Shown here piece after piece: positions 11,088 through 21,900 of a stretch of 64,000 bases of DNA (within the stretch, counting starts at the first letter, position 1; each line of letters begins with the position of its first letter). The notes beneath the pieces were generated by a model. The model worked only from the letters and a program-made list of their open reading frames with translations, searched no databases and was not told the DNA's origin. Source of the stretch: the human T2T-CHM13v2.0 reference genome, Homo sapiens; the NCBI RefSeq assembly GCF_009914755.1, contig NC_060928.1; one strand, written 5' to 3'. Position numbers and translations under genes: made by a program.

Positions 11088-12458
11088 CTTAGTGAAGTGA
11101 ATAAATATGTACACATCCCTCTTTTATTTTATAAACCTACATTTTAATAGACAGTAACATCTCCTTTATATCTTATGATGATATGGAATTCTTATTTTCA
11201 GGAAGTTAAAAAATTTCAAATGTGTATTCCATACAATAATACTTCATGTTTGTGTCATTCTTTATATTTTAAACAATTGGTACACATCATATCATTAGAT
11301 AGCAATCTGACATCAATGATTTGCTGTAGAAATGCGTTCCGTTGCATAAGAACATTTCAATGTCTGTGTAGTCATATGACTTACAGATGCACTATAATAA
11401 TAATAATTAATGCCTATAATAGTGACTTTGAAGTACTAATACCATTCAGGCACTTTGCCCTTTCAGCTAGATTTAATGTTAATGTTAGTCTGTTATTCTA
11501 AGAAGTGGTAAACAATATATATTAATGTGATAGCAGATAGGGATTCAGAATATTAAATTTGCTGAAATTACTTATCCCTTACTTAAGTTATTGGTGAATA
11601 TTATTTATGGCATTGCTTTTGCAGTAATGAGCTGTGTTAGTTTTAATTCAGCCACCTCAGGTGATTTGTGAATTACCTGTAAGAGAAATCAAAGACTGTA
11701 AACCTTTGTTCAGTTGTGAAACATTCTTTTGCTTATTCTAAAATGAAAGATGTGCTAATCAATGATGAGCAACATAATTTTCTGTGGTAGCAATTGTGGA
11801 GGTAAGTTCTCTGAGGTTTTAAAATATATTACATTGTAAAAAACTTATATATGAAAAAGATTGGTTTTGAACCTACTCACTTTTTAGCATTGGCTTGCTT
11901 TATTCCACAACATAGTAAATGTCGAGAAAAACGAACTTGGAATATTGCACTCCTATCATTTGTTTTTCTTCATCATCCCTCAGCATTCTATGTGTATACT
12001 TTAAATGCCACAAGAAAATAAAAGCAGTATTTTATGAAATGGTCTGCCCTAAATTTTAAGGATTCTCTTTTCAATAACTCTGAGCTTTAAAAGTCTTGGA
12101 AGCTTTAAATAATTTCTATTTTTGGCAAACACCATGAGAATTGTTTTGGATAAATTATTTGAAAATAGATGTCTTCATTTAAGTCATATTCTGTTTGTGA
12201 ATTCCTTTACAGATATTGTCCAAAGATGGGGAAAATTTTCTTTTAGTTTAAGATGATCAAGATGGTTAGAAAGGCATGATGAATTTCTTACCTGGCCTAA
12301 TAGCATGAATTAATTTAAATGAATTTTCTTGCTTTTATTCAAAAAATAGCAAATTATGTTTTATTTTTCACTGGACTGCTTTAGACAGGCATAGCAAATA
12401 TCCCAATTTAAATTTTATCTAGAACATGTAGACCTTATTGCCATTTGGTATTGCTTCT

Positions 12459-12566
12459 GTAGTGAAGACAACTGATTACTAATGCAAACAGTAATGGCTA
12501 ACAATTTGAAAACTATAGTTTTTATAATTAGCTTATAGTTTAAAAACAGCTCTTAATAACTGAATA
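12459..12566 (+). repeat. Dispersed direct repeat, copy 1 (~108 bp)
   Basis: About 90% identical to 13862-13972, with a 45-bp identical core. Confidence 0.95.
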
Positions 12567-13633
12567 TTTTTTACAGCTTAATCAGTGAAAAATAATCTAT
12601 ATTTTCTGTCAAGTTGAGTTTTATGAAAATAAGGCTTTTTAAGGCTTTTTTTGACTACTCAGATCTTACATTTACATAATGTTCTTTAAACATTTTCCCT
12701 TTTAATAAATTTCATTATGTATTGTACCCCAAAGACACCGGCTGTCATTGGGATTTTGTTGCACGTTCTGCATTCCTTTGCATAGCCTGGCAGCTGTGAT
12801 ACTCAGGACGTCTCACACAGGATGCCTGCCTACCTCTGGCTTCTATGGCTTAACTAGAGGCTAACTTTATCACTGCTGGGCTTGTGGTGGGCAGGACAGT
12901 ATCCCTGTCTCTCTGATTTTCTTTGCATTTACTTCTTTATCTTGATGGAAAATTTGGAACTTTTACTAAGAGAACAGTGATGTATTTTAACATTTAAATA
13001 GTGGAATTCTTCTTTTGTTTATTCTTTTTTTTTTTTTTGTCACGAATAGACATTTATTTTCCTTTAGGAAAATATCAAGCTACAAAGGAGTAATTAATGG
13101 ATAATAAGATGAACAAAGTAATGATGATTTTAAAGAAGTATTTCTAAGGTTTGTTCTGTTTTTGTCAAGGAGACTCCTAGTTCCTGCTCAGCCAAGATTT
13201 TTCTTCTGTGAATAGTGTTTGGATATAATTCACATTATCTCCAATGACTCTACTTTTTCCTGGCTGCTAAAGATAAATAGCTCCTTAGATTGATATTTTC
13301 TTTCTGTTGATATATTGGGTAAGTCAGCCAGTTTAGAGTTAAGTCTAGTTGATTTGAAAATCTGTATGGGTACATGCCTTGAAAATGCCCTTGGAGACCA
13401 AATTAAAATTAAAACCATTTTTTGTTTTGCATGGTACTTATTACTTTTGTTATGTCAAAAGCGCAGTCTGAATACTGATGCATTTCAGACCACACATTTA
13501 TTCGTGTCTTATATGGGGAAAAAACAAACACATAAAGTATTCACTCTTAAGGGGCAACAGCCCTAAAGTAAAAACATTTTATGACTGGCCAGTAGTCTTC
13601 CTGACTGTTCATTTATGAAAGATGCATCCTTTC

Positions 13634-13779
13634 CAAATACCTAATGCATGTGGGGCTTAAAACCTAGATGATGGGTTGACGGGTGCAGCAAACCACCATG
13701 ACACATATATACCTATGTAACAAACCAGCACGTTCTGCACATATATCCCAGACCTTAAAGTATAATAATAATAGAAAAA
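13634..13779 (+). mobile_element. 5'-truncated L1PA (L1PA8-like) 3' end
   Basis: CAAATACCTAATGCATGTGGGGCTTAAAACCTAGATGATGGGTTGA...CTTAAAGTATAATAAT plus A-rich tail; 17-bp TSD GAAAGATGCATCCTTTC at 13617-13633 and 13780-13796. Confidence 0.95.
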
Positions 13780-13861
13780 GAAAGATGCATCCTTTCATTT
13801 TGTATCTCCTTGGCCTGATAGATTGTTGAAGTAAACACTTGAAGACAATCATATATTTAGG

Positions 13862-13972
13862 GTAGTGAAGACTACTGATTACTAATGCAAAGAGTAATTA
13901 GCTAACAGTTTGAAAACTATAGTTTTTATAATTAGCTTATAGTTTAAAAACAGTTCCTAATGACTATGAATA
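13862..13972 (+). repeat. Dispersed direct repeat, copy 2 (~111 bp)
   Basis: Matches 12459-12566. Confidence 0.95.
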
Positions 13973-15012
13973 ACTCATAATTTTGGCTCCTTAACACAAA
14001 CAAGATCATTTATATTATAACTATTATAATTGAGTTAATTTATGGGTTTTGTAGAGCAACTCTTGGATTATCTCTCTGTAGGGATTATTCTTCCTGTCTC
14101 CATATAGATATCTCAGAATGTTTCATTGCTATCACTTTTGAGTACTTCTCAGCATAAATGTGTACATCACAGTTCTCAGCTTCAGATCAGTAACTGTGGG
14201 ATGTGCAATAGAACAATCAGAATGCACATGCCTATGCTTTATCCTAGATGTGTTACTTTAGAATTTTGGAGGTGGTAGCTGGATAAGTGCATCGTGGAAA
14301 AGCTTCTCAGTGTATTCTGACACACTCCTTTCATGAAGAGGCATTGACTATACCATAAACCCTAGAAATACGTCATTGGCAATGCTACTGTTTTAAAGGA
14401 GAGAAAGGCATCTTTTTGTTTTTGACCCAGAATGGCATTGCCTATAACAGGTGAAAGGGAATCATGCTATGTTAACAGGAATCAACATTATCCATTTTTG
14501 AAGAGTTCATTAAACAGGCAATATTTATTTGGTTGTCTGTTCTATGTTAGGAGCTTTCAGTTCAGCACTCAGGCAGCAAATAAGGTAATGCCTGTGCATA
14601 TGCTCGGTCCTTTCTGTCTGTCCAAAGCTCCTCTCTTCTCCATTCCCCTTTTGCCTCAGTAACTCGTCTATTAAGATGTAAATCAAGAAATGCCTTCTGT
14701 CTCAGGGAAGCCCTTACCAGAACCTCTAGGTAGAGTTAGAGGCTAACTCCACGGCACCCTAGAGTCCATAGCATGTTGTTATCATGTGTGTATCGTTGCA
14801 TGTAAAAATATTCCTATTTGTTACGGTTTGCTTGTATGTGTTTGTCATTAATCTATTAATTCATTCAGTGAAGAGATGCCAACTTGTATACTAGCCTGGG
14901 AAACCTCTGTGTCCTCAGTGCCTAATTTAATACTCCTTTTTCTATCTAGTAGTAAAATGAATATGAATGTACATGTCTGAGGTCTCTATAAATTAAAAGG
15001 TAAAAAGTCTTA

Positions 15013-15166
15013 AGCCAGGTGTGGTGGCATGCACCTGTATTCGCAGATATTTGGGAGGTTGAGGTGGGAGCATTGCTTGAGGCCAGAAGTTTGAGGCTGT
15101 AGTGTGCAATGCTCTTACCTGTGAATAGCCATGGCCCTCCAACATGGGCAATGCAGTGAGACCCTG

Positions 15167-15208
<42 letters not shown>

Positions 15209-15216
15209 AAAAAAAA
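15013..15216 (+). mobile_element. Fossil Alu monomer (FAM-like)
   Basis: Monomeric; retains the 7SL-derived CCTGTGAATAGCCA segment; A29-containing tail; degenerate TSD GTAAAAAGTCTT / GTAAAGGTCTT. Confidence 0.85.
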
Positions 15217-15969
15217 GTAAAGGTCTTGGGGAAGGGTCCACAGCAAATAAGTAGAGGAAATTTGAGCTGTTGTTGCCCTGTAACAGGAGACAAGAAGATA
15301 TTTTTCATAAGAATTGCACTTTCTACACTGAATTAGAAGGTTCGATAGTATGTCAGAATTATGGAATTTTGTAAGGGTAAATTTAACATATTAGTTAGTG
15401 TGTATGTGTCTGATATTTTATACATCACATTTGAAATTGTTTTTTTTTTGGTTCCTATTAATTCATTCAGTAAGCATTGTTTAAACCTGTCCTTCTTAAA
15501 CTTTATTTTTGCATGATCTCTGTGATGCTCTTCTCTCCTGGTTATCTTTCTTCTCTCAGTGGCCCCGTCTCTTGTGCTTGCTTTTCATCCTAAACTTCTA
15601 AGCAGTAGAGCTTCTTAAGGTTTTATTCCTATCAACATCTCTTCTTTTTCTACATCAATGATCTGTAATATCACCCTTTTTTAAGGGTCTCTGTACCATC
15701 TTTATATTAATGATTCCCCAGTTTTTAATCAGCTTCAATCCTTTTATTATAGAGAGTAATTAATTTCAAATACTCGGTCATGAAGAAAGGGTAGACTGAT
15801 AGGTATCTGCAGCTGAAGACAGGACTTTTCATCAAATCCAATGGTGGCTCATTAAAGCATTCACCGAAGTCAGATATCTTCTCTTTAAAAACATTATAAA
15901 AACCCTTATCTTTTGCTTGAATAATGTCTCCGTGTTCATAGTTCTTATCGACTCTTCATGACCTTACTC

Positions 15970-16422
15970 TGTGTCACTGTCCTAGGACTGCCGTAAGAAA
16001 TTACTACAAACTTGGTGTCTTAAAACAACAGAAAATAATTTTCCTCACCATTCTGAAGACCAGAAGTCTGAAATGAAGGTGTTGGCAGGGCCATACTCCC
16101 TCTAAAAGTGCTAGGAAAGAATCCTTTCTTGCCTTTTCCCAGCTTCTGGTAGCTCCTGGTGATCACTGGTGGTGTTTGGTTTGTGGCTGCATCACTCCAG
16201 TCTCTGCTTTCACATGGCTTTCTTTATGTATATTTCTGTGTGTCCTCTCCTCTTAAGGACAGCAGTCATTGAATGTAGGGCCCATTCTAATCCAGTATGA
16301 CCTCATCTTAATGAATTAAGTCTGGGAATATAATTATGTCTGGGAATATAATAGAGAAGACTCTATTTCCTGTGTTCTGGGTGAGTATGAACTTTTGGGG
16401 GATACTAACTTACTATATACTC
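15970..16422 (-). mobile_element. MLT1 (B/C-like) solo LTR
   Basis: ...TACTACAAACTTGGTGTCTTAAAACAACAGAAA...AAGGTGTTGGCAGGGCCATACTCCCTCT...CTAATCCAGTATGACCTCATCTTAA. Confidence 0.85.
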
Positions 16423-16504
16423 ACTAGGTTAATCTATGCTAAATACCCAACAGGAAGGCAGCTGTAGGGAAAAGCAAGAGTATGAAACCTGGAAAAACAA
16501 TTGC

Positions 16505-16700
16505 CAGACTCTGCTGCTTGTGGGTATGTGGCCGTGGGTAAGGTAGTTGCTCTGTGCTTTCAGCTTCCTCATGTACAAAATTGAGATAATAATGATGCCC
16601 ACTTTGTGGAATTCTTGTAAAGATGAAAAGATTCCAAATATGTAAAGTGCATAGAACAATCCCCAGCAAAAAGTGGAACATGTTAGTGATAATTGCTGTC
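16505..16700 (+). mobile_element. MIR SINE
   Basis: CTCTGTGCTTTCAGCTTCCTCATGTACAAAATTGAGATAATAAT ... ATGTAAAGTGCATAGAACA. Confidence 0.75.
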
Positions 16701-17136
16701 ATAGTCGGTCTTCTTGCTTAGTAGGCCTGAGATAAAACTTTCTCCTATTTCATCCCTCCTCCTCCCTCTTCCTGATTTTACATGTTATTTAGTTGTTTCT
16801 CCCTCTCACTATAATTATTTGTGAGAAGTTACAAGAGTTATACTATGGTAGAGCAGACAGGCTTTGCACACCTTCAGGGTCAGTTCTGGACCAAACCACT
16901 CAGAAACCACTGCACGGATGAATGGCTGGAGATTGTGGGGCCTATTGTGTCTCCAGGTGGCTGTGGTTACATGGGATCCCTGGAATGTTAATTAATTTTC
17001 ATATTTCCCTTTAAGGTACTTCTGTGGCTCAAACAATGAATTTCTGAGTTAGGTCCCAAAGTGGCATTTTTGTTTGCCAACACCCTCATAGGAAACTGTA
17101 TTAGAAGCTTTCTTGTAATATTTAAGAGCCTTTAAA

Positions 17137-17171
17137 AGAGCGAGACTCCGTCTCCAAAAAAAACAAAAAAA
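17137..17171 (+). mobile_element. Ultra-5'-truncated Alu (last ~18 nt of body plus A tail), young-looking
   Basis: AGAGCGAGACTCCGTCTC plus A-rich tail, flanked by perfect 16-bp repeat AAGAGCCTTTAAAAGA at 17124-17139 and 17172-17187. Confidence 0.93.
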
Positions 17172-17735
17172 AAGAGCCTTTAAAAGACATTCTAGATACG
17201 TAAAGTTAGTTTAAAATCTGTTCTGAAGGCTAGCACTGGAGCCTTTGCTGACATCTTCACACTAAAGATTCTGAGATTACTTTTAGGTTGTGTGCCTTGC
17301 AACACTAAGGTAGATTTATTGCAACTAAGGGGCCCTGAGGTAAGCCAACATATTCTCATCTTTCTTCTGAAAACCTTTTGGCCTCATTAGAAGTATTTGG
17401 CTTTAAAGTTTGCCTCATTTTATATTATCCCATGCAATATTTTTTCCTCTCAGAATTAGAGGAAAAAATACACCATGTCTCAGGTGATAGTAGTGCTTGG
17501 CACTTACCTAGGGACTCCAGATGTATTCATTGAAGTAGATTGAAGTCTCTTGAATTCTTTCCTGCTATTAGAGAGCAATGGCAAAAAGCAAGATTCAATC
17601 TAGCTAAGTAATTTATAAGATAAGCTAAGTAACATAAGTTTGGATGTTCAGTATAATTTGTCAATGTGTGCTTTTTAGGCATAGTTGCTTATTTCTATTG
17701 TACCGTGAAATTAAACTACAATATTAAAAATTTCA

Positions 17736-18020
17736 GGCCAGGTATGGTGGCTTATGCCTGTAATCCCAGTACTTTGAGAGGCCCAGGCAGGAGAATCACT
17801 TGAGGCCAGAAGTTTGAGACCAGCCTAGGCAACATAGCGAGACCCCCATCTCTAAAAAAATAAAAATAAAATAATTAGCCAGGCATAGTGGCACACCTGT
17901 AGTCTCAGCTGCTCAGGAGGCGGAGGCAGGAGGATTGCTTGAGCCCAGGAGTTTGAGGTTATAGAGAGCTGTGATGGTGCCACTGAACTCTAGTCTGGGG
18001 AACAGAAAGAGACCCTGTCT
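17736..18020 (+). mobile_element. Alu, AluJ-type
   Basis: GGCCAGGTATGGTGGCTTATGCCTGTAATCCCAG...GGATTGCTTGAGCCCAGGAGTTTGAGG...GAGACCCTGTCT; A tail absent. Confidence 0.95.
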
Positions 18021-18244
18021 TTTCCCACTCCCCCCAAAATTGAGACAATTCAGTTTAAAAATCCTTATGAATAAAAAAGGACTTATTAAATTGACTCACC
18101 CAGTACTTACGTGAACCACATATACTGTACTATGCTTTCACTTCTTTGACCTATTTTTTTGGATATTTGATACATACTAATGTATTCATAAAAACTATTC
18201 TAGTTTCTTCTCTTTGTACAGTGGGATGAGCTGAGGAAAACTAC

Positions 18245-18545
18245 TCATTCATTCATTGATTCACAAAAGTTTAAAGTCTAAATATTACTGGCTTTGTGCC
18301 AGACTGAGGATACAGAGATGAGTGAAACTCAATCTTAGTGAATCTGGAAGAGGGAATTGATGTATAAACCATTAAATTAAAACATAGTGTGAAAAGGGCA
18401 AGACATAGCAATTATTAACTTTATCTAGAAGTCAATGTGGGGAGAAGTGTGCTGCCAGGTGGTAATGCCTGAGCTGTGTTTTAAAACATAGAAGAAGCTT
18501 GTTGGCTGACAGGAACAGAGGGGAAGAAAGCCAGCGAGATCTTCT
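18245..18545 (-). mobile_element. L2 3' end fragment
   Basis: CATTCATTCATTGATTCA...TGTGCCAGACTGAGGATACAGAGATGA. Confidence 0.65.
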
Positions 18546-19019
18546 CAGATACCATGGCTTCACAAGATACAGTGTATTTAAGAACTACAAGCAACTTGAT
18601 TTTCCCAGAGTTTGCAGTACATGGGCTTTATGTTTCCGGGAGTCCTCTAGTAGCTGTGGTCTTCAGTGTGGTTTCTGGAAATTCAGAAAATTTTACTGAC
18701 CTCATGATATGTTCCAAATCATTTGAAGAGATAATATAATATACTATGAAGTTAATGATCATTTGCACAAGTGAATGTAAATTAAGCCGTGATAACTGAT
18801 ATCTCAAAGTTGGAGATATTACAATCAGTATTTTCAACCTTCTTTCTGCTTCAGTACATCTAAGGTATATAAAGCACTCTTGTTAGTAATGGTGGCTCCC
18901 CATGGCAATAACTCTTGATCATGGGCAGTGGTATAGGAGTAGGCCCAATTTGTGTATTTGCTAAGGTCAATCTAGTTTCTATAGCAGATATATCTCCACA
19001 TATAAGTGGATTAACACAC

Positions 19020-19383
19020 TGTATTAGCCCTTTTTCATGCTGCTTATAAAGATATACCCGAGACTGGGCAATTTACAAAAGAAAGAGGTTTAATTGGACT
19101 TACAGTTCCATGTGGCTAGGGGAGCCTCACAATCATGGTGGAAGGCAATGAAGAGCACATCCTGTCTTACATGGATGGCAGCAGACAAAGAGGGAATGAG
19201 GAAGGTACAAAAGTGGAAACTGTTAGATCTCGTGAGACTTATTCACTATCATGAGAACAGTATGGGGGAAAGCACCCCCATGATTGAATTATCTCCCACC
19301 GGGTCCCTCCAACAACATATGGGAATTATGGGAGTACAATTCAAGATGAGATTTGGGTGGGGACACAGAGCCAAACCATATCA
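19020..19383 (-). mobile_element. THE1B-like solo LTR
   Basis: TGTATTAG...ATACCCGAGACTGGGCAATTTACAAAAGAAAGAGGTTTAAT...GGACACAGAGCCAAACCATATCA; TSD CACAC / CACAA. Confidence 0.93.
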
Positions 19384-19479
19384 CACAATAAATATCTGTT
19401 TTCTCATTTAAGTAAAGTACAAAGTGGAAGCTTTTTACTGATAAGAGGGTATGAGGTGGGTGGAGGTTAGATTGGAGGG

Positions 19480-19775
19480 GAGTGGGCCTGGCTCCATGTT
19501 TTGCTCAGAGATTCAAGCTGATAGACACTCCACTTTCTTCATCAAGTAGCTTTAAAAGTTGCCTTGGGTGTTCCCAGCAAAGTGGGATATGGGGAAAGAG
19601 AGAATGGAGGAGGTCCATCTGCTTTTTACCTAAGTTTAGAAGTGACATACATAACCTTTGCTCATGTCTCCTTGGTGAGAATCAGCCAGGAGGTCCCACC
19701 TAAATGCAAAGGAAGATGGGAAATGTGGTCTTTCCGAACAACAGTTCAGCTCTATAGAAGGTGACCACAACACAG
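19480..19775 (-). mobile_element. Old MLT1 (J/K/L-like) LTR fragment
   Basis: TAGAAGTGACATACATAACCTTTGCTCATGTC...CCCACCTAAATGCAAAGGAAGATGGGAAATGTGGTC. Confidence 0.6.
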
Positions 19776-20744
19776 CCAGCTGCCTCTGTAGCCAAGGCTT
19801 TTTAGACTCTCCAGAGGGAGTGAGGGGTATGGGAATAATAGGTAGCTGAGAAAGCCTCACAGGTGATTCTGGTATGTGCTCTTAGGGAGGGCACTTTTCT
19901 CTCTTCAGCTGATTTGAGTGTTATTACAACTAGCCGTATCTCTTCCTGTGTAGATACAGATCAGAAAATTTAGGGAGGGTAAGTTGGAGGCAGAATTAAA
20001 TGTAAAACTTGGATTCATTCTTTCATGTACACCATTCTGATTTTCCTTCATTTCTAGCTGTCATGGTGTGCTGCTTTTTTTTTCCAGCCAATTTTCAATG
20101 TCAGTTTTTGTTAAAATTGTTTAAAATTCTTAAAACTCCCAGGAAATTATAACTTTTAAATACATTTTAAGCTTTATATTGCTTTTGGAAGAGGTGACAC
20201 AATCCTCAGATTGATGAATATTTGATGTAATTTTTTATTTGAGTAAAATTTTATTGAAGAGTCTATTATGAAATAATTTTCAAGTGGGCAACATATATGT
20301 ATAGTGTAGCTCATAGGTGGAGATTAAGCATATTTTCTGCTTTTTATCTCTTTCAACAACAAATGCTGTGAGGTTTACATTATTAGCTTATAACCTTATG
20401 TAAGTGGTGTTAACGAGACTTAAGATTAACAGCAACAACAGCAAAAACTCTTGGAAAGAGATTAAGAATTTCTGCCACCACTGATAGTTTTTTGATTTTG
20501 AAAAAGTCACTTCCTTTTGTTAATCATTGTAAAGATTGAAACTATTGCGGTAAACAGGATGCTTAGTGTGACAGTTTGAACCACAAATTTTTAGTCCTCT
20601 TTGTCATTTGATTTAAATATCTAAACTTTGCTTTGCTTTCTCCAGAGGCTCTGCTAAAGAATGGCAAGTGATATACCAAGCACTGTGTGGAGTCTCAGAA
20701 GGTGATTTCTGGTCATTGTTCCATTGTATTCATGCTTATTCTTA

Positions 20745-21900
20745 CTAATTAATTATCTCTGTGTGTGTGTGTGTGTAGCCTACAATGTTTCAGGCTCTGT
20801 GATAAGCCAGGTGGTGGATGAGGGGTACAAAAAGACATAATCCCTATTCTCACAAAGTTTATGTTTCAGTGAAGCATCATTCAATTGAACTTTTGTGATG
20901 GTGGAAATGTGTGTCTATCTGTACTGTTCATCATCATAGCCACTAGCCATGTGTGGCTATTGAGCTTTTGAAATCTAGCTAGTGCTGCTAAGGAACTGAA
21001 TTATTATTTAATTTGAATTCATTTAAATGTAAATAGCTACACTTGGCTGGTGGCTATCTTATTGGATAGGGTAGGTCCTATGGAAATACAGACATTATTC
21101 AAATAATCATGGTAAAACTGTGAAATTTCAAGTCTAACAAGTGATAGGAAGGAGGTAGATAAAATGCTTTGAGCACCTATAGAGGTTTATTTCACTAATA
21201 CAGGCAGGTCATTAAAAGCTTAAGTTTGAGTGGTAGAGATGGGGAGAAGTGGACAAATTTGAAGGATAGAGTAGAAAATGGACAGGATCTGGCAATTGTT
21301 TTGAAAAAATGTTGTGCAGCTAGGTGGTCTCGAAGATGCCTTCTAGATTTCTTGCTTGTAAAACTGAAGAGATGAGGCCTACCCACTAAGAGAGAGAACA
21401 CTGATAAAGGACCAGATTTACGGGTGAAGCAAATGAGTTTGGTTTTGTAATATTGGGTTGGAATATATAGGCCTTGAAGAGAGATTTGGGCTGGACATAG
21501 ACAGCTAGTAATTGAAGCTATAAACAAGGATGAAAGAGTATTAATTGAGTGATCAGAGTCACTCTGAAAGTGAGTCACTTAGAGTATTAATTGAGTGATC
21601 AGAGGGCCAGTAATAAGCTGAGGAACTGCAGTGCTTAATGGTGAGTATGCATGCAAAGGAAGGATAAGAATTACGGATTCTGAGGGAGTTGAGGAATCAC
21701 TGAACTTAAGGTTCTAATGAAGTCAAAGAATGGTTTTAGTGGATACAGTTGAATGAGGAGGCTGGGAGGAGAAAGGGTGGTGGTTTCTTTATGATAGTTG
21801 GATAAGTAAATTTTGAGATGAAATATTTGGTGGTGATCATAATATTCAGGAGTCAATTAGGGAAATGGGTGACCGACATACAGGTGGTCACTGGAGATTA
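20745..21900 (-). mobile_element. Degraded L2, interrupted by MER3
   Basis: Purine-rich antisense L2-like tracts such as AGACATAATCCCTATTCTCACAAAGTTTATG and GAGATTTGGGCTGGACATAGA; boundaries approximate. Confidence 0.55.
20873..21074 (+). mobile_element. MER3 (hAT-Charlie) DNA transposon
   Basis: TGATGGTGGAAATGT...TAGCCACTAGCCATGTGTGGCTATTGAGC...AGGAACTGAATT...TGGCTGGTGGCTATCTTATTGGA. Confidence 0.85.

Noticed and set aside
21535-21604. Repeat-spacer-repeat resembling a mini CRISPR array
   Set aside because: Only two repeats, the spacer is locally templated, there are no cas genes, and the DNA is primate
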